Assembly (NCBI GenBank): GCA_965277405.1
Contig: OZ255726.1
Location: 32,001 to 96,000, forward strand
Source of the DNA: Gammaproteobacteria bacterium
Lineage (GTDB): Bacteria; Pseudomonadota; Gammaproteobacteria; G965277405
Reading direction: 5' to 3'
Length of the DNA stretch: 64,000 nt
Shown: positions 41,332-50,331 of the stretch, piece by piece
Numbering within the stretch: position 1 is the stretch's first letter
How the letters are laid out: the number at the start of each line of letters is the position of its first letter
Program-made: the position numbers and the translations under genes
Notes under the pieces: model-generated
Seen by the model: the letters and a program-made list of their open reading frames with translations, nothing else
Told to the model about the DNA's origin: nothing
The model's database searches: none

Positions 41332-41471
41332 TGAACCGCTGCTTAACCATACAACGGCTACCTTGATACTCACAGCAGAACTGCCTTTAATTACACAAGG
41401 ATATTGCGTTGTTTTTCTAGTGTTTTAGGAAACAAATTATATAATCAAGTCTTTTAATCGATTTTGTTGTA

Positions 41472-42953
41472 ATGTCGTCAATTAAATTTGTAATGCCGTC
41501 AATTAAAATAGGGGTTGTTGCTGAAAGCGCAACCAACGAATGCCGTGTCGGGATTACTCCCGAAGTAGTAAAAAACCTATCTGTTCAAGGATACTCATTT
41601 ATTATTAGTAAAGGAGCAGGTGCAAAAGCAAATTTTACTGATCAAGCGTATCAAGAAACTGGCAACAACATATCGATTGCTCCACAAAACAAAGTTATCG
41701 ACTCTAGTGATATATTAGTCAGTGTTCACCCGCTCAACACGGTGGATATTGAAAAAATGAAAAAAAATGCAATCCATATTGGTCAAATATTTGCCCATAA
41801 AAACACTGGCTGTATCACCGCCTACAACAAGAAAAACATTGCAGCAATCGCGCTCGAGCTGCTGCCACGTATCACCCGAGCGCAGCCAATGGATGTGTTA
41901 TCAACCCAGGCTACAGTAGCGGGTTATCAAGCAGTATTACGCGCAGCAGATTTGAGCGCTGTGTTTTTTCCAATGTTAACGTATGCAGCAGGCACCATTC
42001 GACCTGCAAAGGTATTAGTGATTGGGACTGGTGTGGCTGGGTTGCAAGCCATTGCAACTGCTAAGCGACTCGGTGCAGTTGTTCAAGCGTATGACATTCG
42101 ATCTGAAACTCGTGAACAAGTGGAGTCACTCGGCGCTAAATTTGTTGATATCAACATCAATGCTGCTGGTGAAGGTGGCTATGCACGGAAGCTTACCAAA
42201 GCTGAAATTCAACAACAACAAGACGTGTTGGCGCGCCATGTTGCTGCTGCCAATGTGGTAATTTGCACAGCAGCTGTCCCAGGAAGCCCTGCCCCACTAA
42301 TTATTACCAAGGAGATGGTTGGAGCAATGCAACTAGGCAGTGTTATTATCGATTTAGCAGCGGAACATGGCGGCAATTGCGCTGTTACGGTTGCGAACAA
42401 AACAATACAATCAAAAAATGGAGTGATTGTTGCTGGACCGGTGAATATTCAGGGGCAACTAGCGCAACATGCATCTGATATGTTTGCAAAAAATGTTGCG
42501 CAATTGCTAGGATTACTTGGGAATGGCAACGCAGTCGATTGGCCAACAGACGATGAAGTTTTGCTTGGCGCAACATTAACGCGCAATGGTGCCACAGTCC
42601 ATCCTCAATTTATTACCACTGCAGCAACGCCGCCATCCGCAACCAGCAACAAGACCACAACCACGAAAACCGCACGCAAAACTGCAGCTACCAAAGCCAC
42701 GAGTACCGCAACAAAAACTACTAAAAAAACTACTACGACTGCCAGCAAAGCTACACCATCCACAACAACAAAACCTGTAAAAAAAGCCGCCGCTATATCT
42801 GCAGCAACTCAGCCAGCAGCTGAAACTTCTGCTAAAACCACAGTTGCCAATCTAAAAAACTCTGCAGATTCCAGCGTGCGGAGAAAAATTGACGGCAAGG
42901 ATGAAGTACTGACCGGATCAGCTTCGCAGTGGCTCAAAGGACACGCGGAGTAG
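41472..42953 (+). CDS. pntA: NAD(P) transhydrogenase alpha-1 (domain I) with a long T/K/A-rich tail
   Basis: PRITRAQPMDVLS, GTGVAGLQAI, GEGGYA, DLAAEHGGNC; alternative start at 41493. Confidence 0.92.
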   Translation: MSSIKFVMPSIKIGVVAESATNECRVGITPEVVKNLSVQGYSFIISKGAGAKANFTDQAYQETGNNISIAPQNKVIDSSDILVSVHPLNTVDIEKMKKNAIHIGQIFAHKNTGCITAYNKKNIAAIALELLPRITRAQPMDVLSTQATVAGYQAVLRAADLSAVFFPMLTYAAGTIRPAKVLVIGTGVAGLQAIATAKRLGAVVQAYDIRSETREQVESLGAKFVDININAAGEGGYARKLTKAEIQQQQDVLARHVAAANVVICTAAVPGSPAPLIITKEMVGAMQLGSVIIDLAAEHGGNCAVTVANKTIQSKNGVIVAGPVNIQGQLAQHASDMFAKNVAQLLGLLGNGNAVDWPTDDEVLLGATLTRNGATVHPQFITTAATPPSATSNKTTTTKTARKTAATKATSTATKTTKKTTTTASKATPSTTTKPVKKAAAISAATQPAAETSAKTTVANLKNSADSSVRRKIDGKDEVLTGSASQWLKGHAE

Positions 42954-42956
42954 CGT

Positions 42957-43247
42957 ATGGAATTTATCATAGAGATAAGCGGTCTGACAGCGATATACAT
43001 TATTATGTTAGCTGCATTTACTGGTAACGAAATCATCAGCAAAGTTCCAGTGATTTTGCATACTCCGTTGATGTCAGGCTCTAATTTTATCCATGGTGTT
43101 GTAGTGGTTGGCACAATGTTCGCACTGGCACATGCAGAAACCACGCTGGAACAATGCATTGGTTTTATCGGAGTATTCCTAGCAGCAGGGAATGCTGTTG
43201 GTGGATATGTTGTCACTGAACGGATGCTGCGGATGTTTAAAAAATAA
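42957..43247 (+). CDS. pntAB: NAD(P) transhydrogenase alpha-2
   Basis: LHTPLMSGSNFIHG, GGYVVTERML. Confidence 0.93.
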   Translation: MEFIIEISGLTAIYIIMLAAFTGNEIISKVPVILHTPLMSGSNFIHGVVVVGTMFALAHAETTLEQCIGFIGVFLAAGNAVGGYVVTERMLRMFKK

Positions 43248-43291
43248 CATCGTCATGGCACAACTCTACCCTTATTGATTTAGGTATTTCC

Positions 43292-44698
43292 ATGCAAGCA
43301 AACATCATTGATTCGCTCATCCAAGTTGTCTATTTATTTGCAGCTTTTGGCTTTATTTTTGGACTAAAGCGCATGAGCGCACCGAACACAGCACAAACTG
43401 GGATTATTTGGGCTGGTGTTGGCATGTTATTGGCTACAGCGGCGACTTTTTTTCATAGCGAAATCGTCAATAGCATGTTGATTTTAATCGCAATGGGGTC
43501 AAGTGCATTAGTTTCTTGGTTGTGTGCCCGCACAGTCAAAATGACCGCTATGCCGCAAATGATTGCCTTATACAACGGCATGGGCGGAGGTGCGGCTGCG
43601 GCAATAGCTGCAGTTGAATTAAGTCATATCGTCGGGCATGGGAATGCTGGCGTTACCGCCACCCATATTACCTTAGCCGGGCTCGGTGCGTTAATTGGTA
43701 TGGTCTCTTTTTCGGGGTCTTTGATCGCATTTATCAAGCTACAAGGATGGCTTGATAAAGTTGTTGTTTTTCCAGCACAAAAAATTATTAACCTGCTTGT
43801 TCTGTTGATTCCCACCATTGCTGGCGTCATGCTCTGTATCGAGCCGCAAGGTGCTTGGTTGATGTACACAATATTTTTCTTAGGATTTTTGCTGCTTGGT
43901 GTTCTTATCACATTGCCAATTGGCGGTGCTGATATGCCTGTTGTGATCTCATTGTATAATGCAATGACTGGACTTGCGGTGGCTTTTGAAGGCTTTGTAC
44001 TGAATAACCCTGCCATGATAATCGCGGGAATTGTTGTCGGTGCTGCCGGTACATTACTCACTCGGTTGATGGCTAAAGCAATGAATAGACCAATCAGCAA
44101 TGTGTTGTTTAGTAATGTCGGCAAAAAAACAACTGCTATAACAAGCGCAGAAGTATCTGGTGCAATGAAAGAAATGTCACCGCATGATGCTGTGTCAATC
44201 ATGATGTTTGCGAATCAAGTTATTATTATACCTGGCTATGGTATGGCTGTTGCGCAAGCGCAGCATAAAATTGCCGAGTTATCGAAACTACTACTGGCAC
44301 GGGATGTCATGGTAAAATTTGCAATTCACCCTGTTGCTGGGAGGATGCCTGGGCATATGAATGTATTGTTAGCAGAAGCGGGGATTGACTATGACAATAT
44401 CTATGATTTAGCAGAGATTAACCCTGAGTTTGCCAATACAGATGTAACGTTAATTATTGGTGCCAACGACGTTGTGAACCCTGCTGCGAGAAATGACTCA
44501 GCTAGCCCAATTTTTGGCATGCCGATACTCAATGCAGATCAGGCGAAAAACATATTGTGTATTAAACGCGGTAAAGGGCGGGGGTTTTCTGGTATTGAAA
44601 ACTTATTATTTTTCCACGACAACACCTCGATGGTCTACGGAGACGGTGCAAGCGTTATCAGCAAATTGATTGCAGCCTTAAAAGAGCTTGACAGCTAA
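43292..44698 (+). CDS. pntB: NAD(P) transhydrogenase beta
   Basis: IGGADMPVVIS, PGYGMAVAQAQ, HPVAGRMPGHMN, GANDVVNP. Confidence 0.96.
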   Translation: MQANIIDSLIQVVYLFAAFGFIFGLKRMSAPNTAQTGIIWAGVGMLLATAATFFHSEIVNSMLILIAMGSSALVSWLCARTVKMTAMPQMIALYNGMGGGAAAAIAAVELSHIVGHGNAGVTATHITLAGLGALIGMVSFSGSLIAFIKLQGWLDKVVVFPAQKIINLLVLLIPTIAGVMLCIEPQGAWLMYTIFFLGFLLLGVLITLPIGGADMPVVISLYNAMTGLAVAFEGFVLNNPAMIIAGIVVGAAGTLLTRLMAKAMNRPISNVLFSNVGKKTTAITSAEVSGAMKEMSPHDAVSIMMFANQVIIIPGYGMAVAQAQHKIAELSKLLLARDVMVKFAIHPVAGRMPGHMNVLLAEAGIDYDNIYDLAEINPEFANTDVTLIIGANDVVNPAARNDSASPIFGMPILNADQAKNILCIKRGKGRGFSGIENLLFFHDNTSMVYGDGASVISKLIAALKELDS

Positions 44699-44707
44699 TT
44701 ATTGTTG

Positions 44708-45220
44708 CTAAACACGGCTGGTATCGCCGATATTTGCACTGCTACCCTTTGGTTGTTGAATTGGTAACGCTGTGGTATGTTTTACGCGGTCCATAACAAT
44801 ATTAGCAGTCATATTGCGGATGCCATTAGTTTGGATAATCCGCTTATATAATACGTCATACTCCCGCATGCTTGGCATGATTGCGTGGAGGATATAGTCA
44901 GTTGCACCAGCAATGCGATATACATTAATTACGTATGGGATGGCTTGTACGCACGCGGCAAATTCGTCGAGCCATTGATCTGAATGTTTTTCAGTTTCAA
45001 TACTTACAAATACTTCTACGAGTAAATTAAATTTTTTTGGATTGAGCAAAGCGACACTTTTATCAATATACCCTTGTTCACGGAGTACTTTCATTCTGCG
45101 CCAGCACGGTGTCGGCGACAAATGGACTTTTTTGGCTATTTCCTCTGTAGAAATATCATTATCGTGTTGGATGACTGCTAAAATTTTATAATCGATTGAA
45201 TCAAGTTGATTTTGACGCAT
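44708..45220 (-). CDS. Lrp/AsnC family transcriptional regulator
   Basis: LDSIDYKIL...LSPTPCWRR HTH plus RAM domain. Confidence 0.9.
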   Translation of the reverse strand: MRQNQLDSIDYKILAVIQHDNDISTEEIAKKVHLSPTPCWRRMKVLREQGYIDKSVALLNPKKFNLLVEVFVSIETEKHSDQWLDEFAACVQAIPYVINVYRIAGATDYILHAIMPSMREYDVLYKRIIQTNGIRNMTANIVMDRVKHTTALPIQQPKGSSANIGDTSRV

Positions 45221-45224
45221 ATGG

Positions 45225-46670
45225 TTAATACCTCCAAGTATGCCGCGTGAGCAGGACTAACATTGTAAATAGCTCCAACCTGCCCAGCAGCATGCAAGCG
45301 CACAATATTAGCTTAACAGCAGATGGCATATCTTTATAGTTTGCTGCAACATCACCGAGCCCAGGTCCAAGATTATTGATGTTGGCAGCGACTGCTGAAA
45401 AAGCAGTTTGATAGTCCAGACCAAACATCAGCAGTAACAGCGACATTGTCGCGTAAATAAATATATATGCGAAGAAAAACGCCCAAATTGATTCAATAAC
45501 GCGAGATGGTATTTTTCTATTACCAAGTCGTACGGTAAATACGCAATTTGGGTGCGCAAGCCGCTTGAGTTCAGCGTTCAACTGTTTAAAGAGCAACAGC
45601 ACCCGAATGGATTTTATCCCACCAGATGTTGAGCCGGCGCAACCACCGATAAAAGCCACAAGAATCAACACTGTAGGTAGTGCCAGCGGCCAAGTAGAAA
45701 ATTTTTCAGTTGTAAGACCGGTGGTCGTTATCAGTGATACTGTTTGAAATATGCCCATACGGATGCTGGCGCCGAAAGCATTGCCGTGAGCAATTAAAAC
45801 GATGATAACAAAGCTAGTGACAGCAACTAGGGCAAAAACAAAAAAACAGATTTCACTATCATGAATATAGTGTGTCAAGCTCCGCTGTGACCATGTCGTG
45901 TAGTGCAAAGCAAAATTTAATGCAGAAACCAGCATGAAGACAATAGCGACTATTTCTATCGACAAGCTATCAAAATGTCCAATGCTTTGATCATAGCTAG
46001 AAAACCCACCAATAGAAACGGTGCTAAAGCTGTGTATAATGGCATCAAACCAATTCATTCCTGCAACGTAGTAGCTCAATGCACACGCTACAGTTAGCAC
46101 TAAATAAATGTACCAGAGTGTTTTTGCGGTTTGGGTAATACGCGGCTTGAGTTTACTATCTTTAATTGGTCCTGGCACCTCTGATTTATACAATTGCATG
46201 CCACCAATTCCAAGCATTGGCAGTACTGCTATCGCTAACACCACGATGCCAATCCCACCAAGCCATTGCAAAAACTGTCGATAAAATCGAACAGCCCATG
46301 GCAAGCTATCGATATGGTCAATGACTGTTGCTCCAGTGGTCGTAAATCCAGAGACAGATTCAAAATACGCGTCAATGAAGCTTAATGTAGGATCAGCAAG
46401 GTATATAGGAATTGCAGCAAATGCGCTGAGAACTGTCCAAAACAACATTGTCAATAAAAAACCATCTCGCAGTTGCAATTCTCTACGATTCTTATCAAAG
46501 ACAAAAGTCAAGGCGATGCCCGTGAGCAAAGTAATGAAAAACGCAAAGCCAAATGAGGCGGATACATTCAGCGCATCGGTATACAGCGCAATCAATATTG
46601 GCAGCACCAATGTAGTAGAAAACAGCATCAGTAAAATGCCGAGAATATGAAAAACAGTCCCAAAATTCAT
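45225..46670 (-). CDS. trkH: Trk K+ uptake membrane protein
   Basis: FESVSGFTTTGAT, QWLGGIG, GGCAGSTSGGIK, NLGPGLG, LGRLE. Confidence 0.95.
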   Translation of the reverse strand: MNFGTVFHILGILLMLFSTTLVLPILIALYTDALNVSASFGFAFFITLLTGIALTFVFDKNRRELQLRDGFLLTMLFWTVLSAFAAIPIYLADPTLSFIDAYFESVSGFTTTGATVIDHIDSLPWAVRFYRQFLQWLGGIGIVVLAIAVLPMLGIGGMQLYKSEVPGPIKDSKLKPRITQTAKTLWYIYLVLTVACALSYYVAGMNWFDAIIHSFSTVSIGGFSSYDQSIGHFDSLSIEIVAIVFMLVSALNFALHYTTWSQRSLTHYIHDSEICFFVFALVAVTSFVIIVLIAHGNAFGASIRMGIFQTVSLITTTGLTTEKFSTWPLALPTVLILVAFIGGCAGSTSGGIKSIRVLLLFKQLNAELKRLAHPNCVFTVRLGNRKIPSRVIESIWAFFFAYIFIYATMSLLLLMFGLDYQTAFSAVAANINNLGPGLGDVAANYKDMPSAVKLILCACMLLGRLELFTMLVLLTRHTWRY

Positions 46671-46676
46671 ATTGGC

Positions 46677-47465
46677 TTATATAGCGATGTGGAGTATATC
46701 AATACCGATGAATACAATAAATGCTGCCTGCTGAATCCGTGCAATGGTTAACCTAAGCCGTGTAACAGAACGTTGGTTTGACAGGTTAAACCGCGCCACA
46801 GTTTCGCTGATTGCCGTGTTCAATGTTTCCTCAAAGCCATTTCTGAGAGTGAAAATTTTCCTAAATATTCGTCGACTGCGTTGCGAGGATTGCTGCCGAT
46901 GCACGACTACAATCAGGAAGCAAAATAATCGGCTCGGTATGTAGTCAAGAACGGTTGCAATTTGCAACACAATTGGAAACTGGCGGCTATAGCGGCAGCT
47001 AATTGTTAACAAACTTAGCAACCCTATAATCAACAAGCCAATACTAAAACCGCAGCTGATAATGCAAAAAACTGGCGCAAATATATATCGATACAACAAG
47101 TACAACTGACTGTATAGCCGTTGAATTTCTGCAGATTTCCAATGAGATGCAGGAGCCTGAAATTGGGTTATCTGTGGGGTTGTTTCTTGTTGAATATCAA
47201 AATAAGCAACAATAGTAAACAGCGGCAACGCCAATAGTGCGTAGGCAAACACCAACAGATAGCCCCATATTGCATTATTCATCAACATATAGGCAATAGA
47301 CAAAGCTATAAATGGGATATACCAAACAACAAAACAGAGTGAATTTGATATACATGCCGTTGTATGCAGGCACAACGAGTTCCAACCATGGAGTTGGTAA
47401 CGATCAGCATGGACGCGCATCCACCATTGCACCAGCAATGCGAGAAAAATAATAATAAATATCAT
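46677..47465 (-). CDS. Membrane protein, AmpE/CobD-like (diverged)
   Basis: Hydrophobic; YIFAPVF and LDYIPSRL motifs. Confidence 0.45.
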   Translation of the reverse strand: MIFIIIFLALLVQWWMRVHADRYQLHGWNSLCLHTTACISNSLCFVVWYIPFIALSIAYMLMNNAIWGYLLVFAYALLALPLFTIVAYFDIQQETTPQITQFQAPASHWKSAEIQRLYSQLYLLYRYIFAPVFCIISCGFSIGLLIIGLLSLLTISCRYSRQFPIVLQIATVLDYIPSRLFCFLIVVVHRQQSSQRSRRIFRKIFTLRNGFEETLNTAISETVARFNLSNQRSVTRLRLTIARIQQAAFIVFIGIDILHIAI

Positions 47466-47532
47466 TGAATCTATATGTCAAAAGGTAACGTAAAATAATA
47501 AGTCAGGCATGTTGTTGTGTTTGCAGTTATTA

Positions 47533-47578
47533 GCAACCTCTGATTAACTCGCTGATAAAGCGACTTAATCAACAGTTC
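47533..47578. repeat. Mini-palindrome built from two MITE ends
   Basis: GCAACCTCTGATTAACTCGCT-GATAA-AGCGACTTAATCAACAGTTC. Confidence 0.7.
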
Positions 47579-47579
47579 T

Positions 47580-48881
47580 TTAAAGTTTTTTACCAAATTG
47601 AATACCGCGTAATGACTTATCCAATCCCGCAGTTAAGTTCTCACGCCCTGCCGCGGTGACGAGTATATTATCTTCAATACGGATTCCTATGCCCCTATAC
47701 GCCTGCGGGACCTTGGGGTTATCAGGGGAAATATAAATCCCAGGCTCGATAGTTAACACCATTCCTGTAGCAAAAGGGATGTCTCTTGCGCCGACGTCGT
47801 GGACATCTATCCCCAGCCAATGTCCCGTTCCGTGCATAAAAAATTCACGGTACAACTCTTGCTCGATGCTGTCGCTAACGCTGCCTGATAACAATTGCAA
47901 GGCATGCAGCCCTTCGGTTATTTGCAACACCACTAGGGCATGGAGGTTTTCCCACGTTTGCCCAACACCAACCGCTTGAATTGCTGCCTGTTGGACATCA
48001 AGTACCAGCGCATACACCGCATGTTGCTCCGCTGTAAATATACCATTGACAGGATAGGTACGAGTAATGTCTGCTGCGTACGTTTGAAATTCACCCCCAG
48101 CATCAATCAGCAGCAAATCGCCAGCGCAACATGGCTGGTTATTGGCAATATAATGCAAGATACCGGCATTGCTACCATTGGCAACAATGCTGTGATACGC
48201 TTCAGTAAGTCCGCTGCTTGCCAATTGGTAGGCAAAGGTTGCCGCCAGTTGCCGTTCACCGATAGAGCTACCTGCCGCGTATGCGTTGGTAAGTTGTGCT
48301 AGTACTGCCTGATGTGCGCTGATGCTTAGCTGTTGTGCTTTACGCATACAGTCAAGTTCTGCTGCAGATTTAATCAGCCGCTGCTGGTGTAATATTGGAC
48401 GAATATCACGCAGGTTTTGCGGTTGGTATGGGTTACGTTGTGCGGCTTGTTTCTGGGTAATTGTATCCCATAGCCACATACCTTTTTCTTTTTGGTCCCA
48501 GCCGATATACACATCCGTGCAGTCGAGCAACATAGGGGTTTCAGCATTGAGCAACTCAATGGGTTTGCTCACATCAACAGCAGTATGTTCTTTTGCCGCA
48601 GCAACTCCCATCCTTGCTCCGTCCCACTGCTCTTTTGCAGGATCACGGTCATGGCAATACAGCGTGGTGGTTTGTTGTGATGCTTTTTTTTGCAGGACTA
48701 AGCATGCATTTTCCTCGGGAAAGCCAGTTAAATACCAAAAGTCACTGTTTTGCCGATAAGGATAAGGGCTGTCGTTAGAACGAATTTTTTGCTGCGCAGC
48801 AAAGCAAAAGTACACACTATCATTTGGCATTGCAGCTAATAATGCCAAACGACGCATACTGTGTTCTGCTGCACTAATCAT
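47580..48881 (-). CDS. pepP: Xaa-Pro aminopeptidase P
   Basis: YRQNSDFWYLTG, LIDAG, DITRT, HWLGIDVHD, TIEPG, GIRIED. Confidence 0.93.
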   Translation of the reverse strand: MISAAEHSMRRLALLAAMPNDSVYFCFAAQQKIRSNDSPYPYRQNSDFWYLTGFPEENACLVLQKKASQQTTTLYCHDRDPAKEQWDGARMGVAAAKEHTAVDVSKPIELLNAETPMLLDCTDVYIGWDQKEKGMWLWDTITQKQAAQRNPYQPQNLRDIRPILHQQRLIKSAAELDCMRKAQQLSISAHQAVLAQLTNAYAAGSSIGERQLAATFAYQLASSGLTEAYHSIVANGSNAGILHYIANNQPCCAGDLLLIDAGGEFQTYAADITRTYPVNGIFTAEQHAVYALVLDVQQAAIQAVGVGQTWENLHALVVLQITEGLHALQLLSGSVSDSIEQELYREFFMHGTGHWLGIDVHDVGARDIPFATGMVLTIEPGIYISPDNPKVPQAYRGIGIRIEDNILVTAAGRENLTAGLDKSLRGIQFGKKL

Positions 48882-49597
48882 TGGGGTTGAACACTGCGTA
48901 TCAGCGTTTTGAGCGAGCGTGGTGAACTGATAAGTAAACCATTCACCCCTGATGGCTCTAAACCTTTAATCCCTGCAATTAACGCCCCACTTTCCTGTGC
49001 AAATAATGTCGCAGTAGCAAGGGTAAACCAATCTGGATGCAGGATGGCAACACCTGCTAATATTCCTTGGCAAGCATACGTCATATCAATGATATTTGAA
49101 CCTGAATTATGTGCAGTATACCCTGAAAACAATGCCGCTGCATCACCACCAAGCAGTGTTGATGTAGATTGGCTAGCTACTCTTGCGCGAACTTGCTCCA
49201 CATACACCCCAAAGTTATTGTGGGCGAATAACTGCCAGCTTTGCCAAAGATGATGGGTATACACAAATGTTGGACGCGGTTGATAGTTTGATGCACTCGA
49301 TGATTCAACAAACATCACCGACAATGTTGCCTGTGGGTAGTGGTTGGCGTAATTCTCTTCTTCTGGAATCAGCCGCCAATGCCAGCCATCACGAAATGGT
49401 GAGCGGTTCCCATGGATACTCGCCAGCGGGTATTTTTCCAGCAAGGCGGCTTTGAGTTTGGACTCAAAGTTGGTGCGCAAGCGCTGCAACCTTTGTTTGG
49501 CAGGGTATTTTTGACCCATCAATGCATCATGAGCGCGAGATACATCTATCAGCAATGTTCGCAACAAAGGGTCAATTGCTCTAAATGAATTGTGCAT
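48878..49597 (-). CDS. Highly diverged inositol-monophosphatase (SuhB)-fold protein
   Basis: GSNIIDMTYACQG and LFAQESGALI align with SuhB GSAALDLAYVAAG and LLVREAGG; catalytic acidic motifs missing. Confidence 0.5.
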   Translation of the reverse strand: MHNSFRAIDPLLRTLLIDVSRAHDALMGQKYPAKQRLQRLRTNFESKLKAALLEKYPLASIHGNRSPFRDGWHWRLIPEEENYANHYPQATLSVMFVESSSASNYQPRPTFVYTHHLWQSWQLFAHNNFGVYVEQVRARVASQSTSTLLGGDAAALFSGYTAHNSGSNIIDMTYACQGILAGVAILHPDWFTLATATLFAQESGALIAGIKGLEPSGVNGLLISSPRSLKTLIRSVQPQ

Positions 49598-49670
49598 AGT
49601 TATATATTAGTTTGAAAAGCGAGGATGGGGTTCATCCTGCCAAGCCACGTTTTTCTCACCATTGGCTGAA

Positions 49671-50237
49671 TCATATGCTCAGTAAGTTTGTAGGGACGTG
49701 TCCGTAGCCGGCGGCTAAATACTCATCCTTGATTGCAACATAATTATCGCAGAGATAGCGAATATGTGCTATCTCAGTTGTTGTTAGTTTACGTACTTGC
49801 TGCACTGGAGAGCCAAAATATAAAAAACCTGAATCGAGTTTTTTTCCAAGAGGCACTAACGAGTTGGCGCCAACTATTATATTAGACTCTAGCATAGCGC
49901 CGTCTAGCACAACAGAATTCATACCAATCATTACTGCGGCTGCGACGCTGCAACCGTGCAAGATGACACGGTGGCCAACGAGAACCGAATCGCCAATAAC
50001 CAGCGGAAAACCCCTTGGGGTGGTTGGTTGCGGGTGAGAAACATGCAGTACCGCACCATCTTGAATATTGACATTATTCCCTAATTGAATGTAATTCACA
50101 TCGCCACGAAGTACTGCCCCAGGCCAAATAGAACAATCGTCACCAGTAGTGACTTTACCGCTGACATATGCTAAATCATCGACAAATGGGCGTTTGCCGA
50201 AAGATGGGAATACATTTCTAAACGAACATATACTCAT
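49671..50237 (-). CDS. Gamma carbonic anhydrase family protein (YrdA-like)
   Basis: SIWPGAVLRGDVN, NIQDGAVLH, VGHRVILHGC hexapeptide repeats. Confidence 0.9.
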   Translation of the reverse strand: MSICSFRNVFPSFGKRPFVDDLAYVSGKVTTGDDCSIWPGAVLRGDVNYIQLGNNVNIQDGAVLHVSHPQPTTPRGFPLVIGDSVLVGHRVILHGCSVAAAVMIGMNSVVLDGAMLESNIIVGANSLVPLGKKLDSGFLYFGSPVQQVRKLTTTEIAHIRYLCDNYVAIKDEYLAAGYGHVPTNLLSI

Positions 50238-50331
50238 ATAAATTAAGAAATTAAATTGCAATGATATTGCATGTATTCCCGCAATTGCAAATAAACTTCA
50301 TACAAATTCATAGCTTCCATAGGATTAATAC

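Noticed and set aside
41471-41510. Near-duplicate AATG(T/C)CGTCAATTAAA at the pntA start
   Set aside because: A short local duplication that only makes the start codon ambiguous
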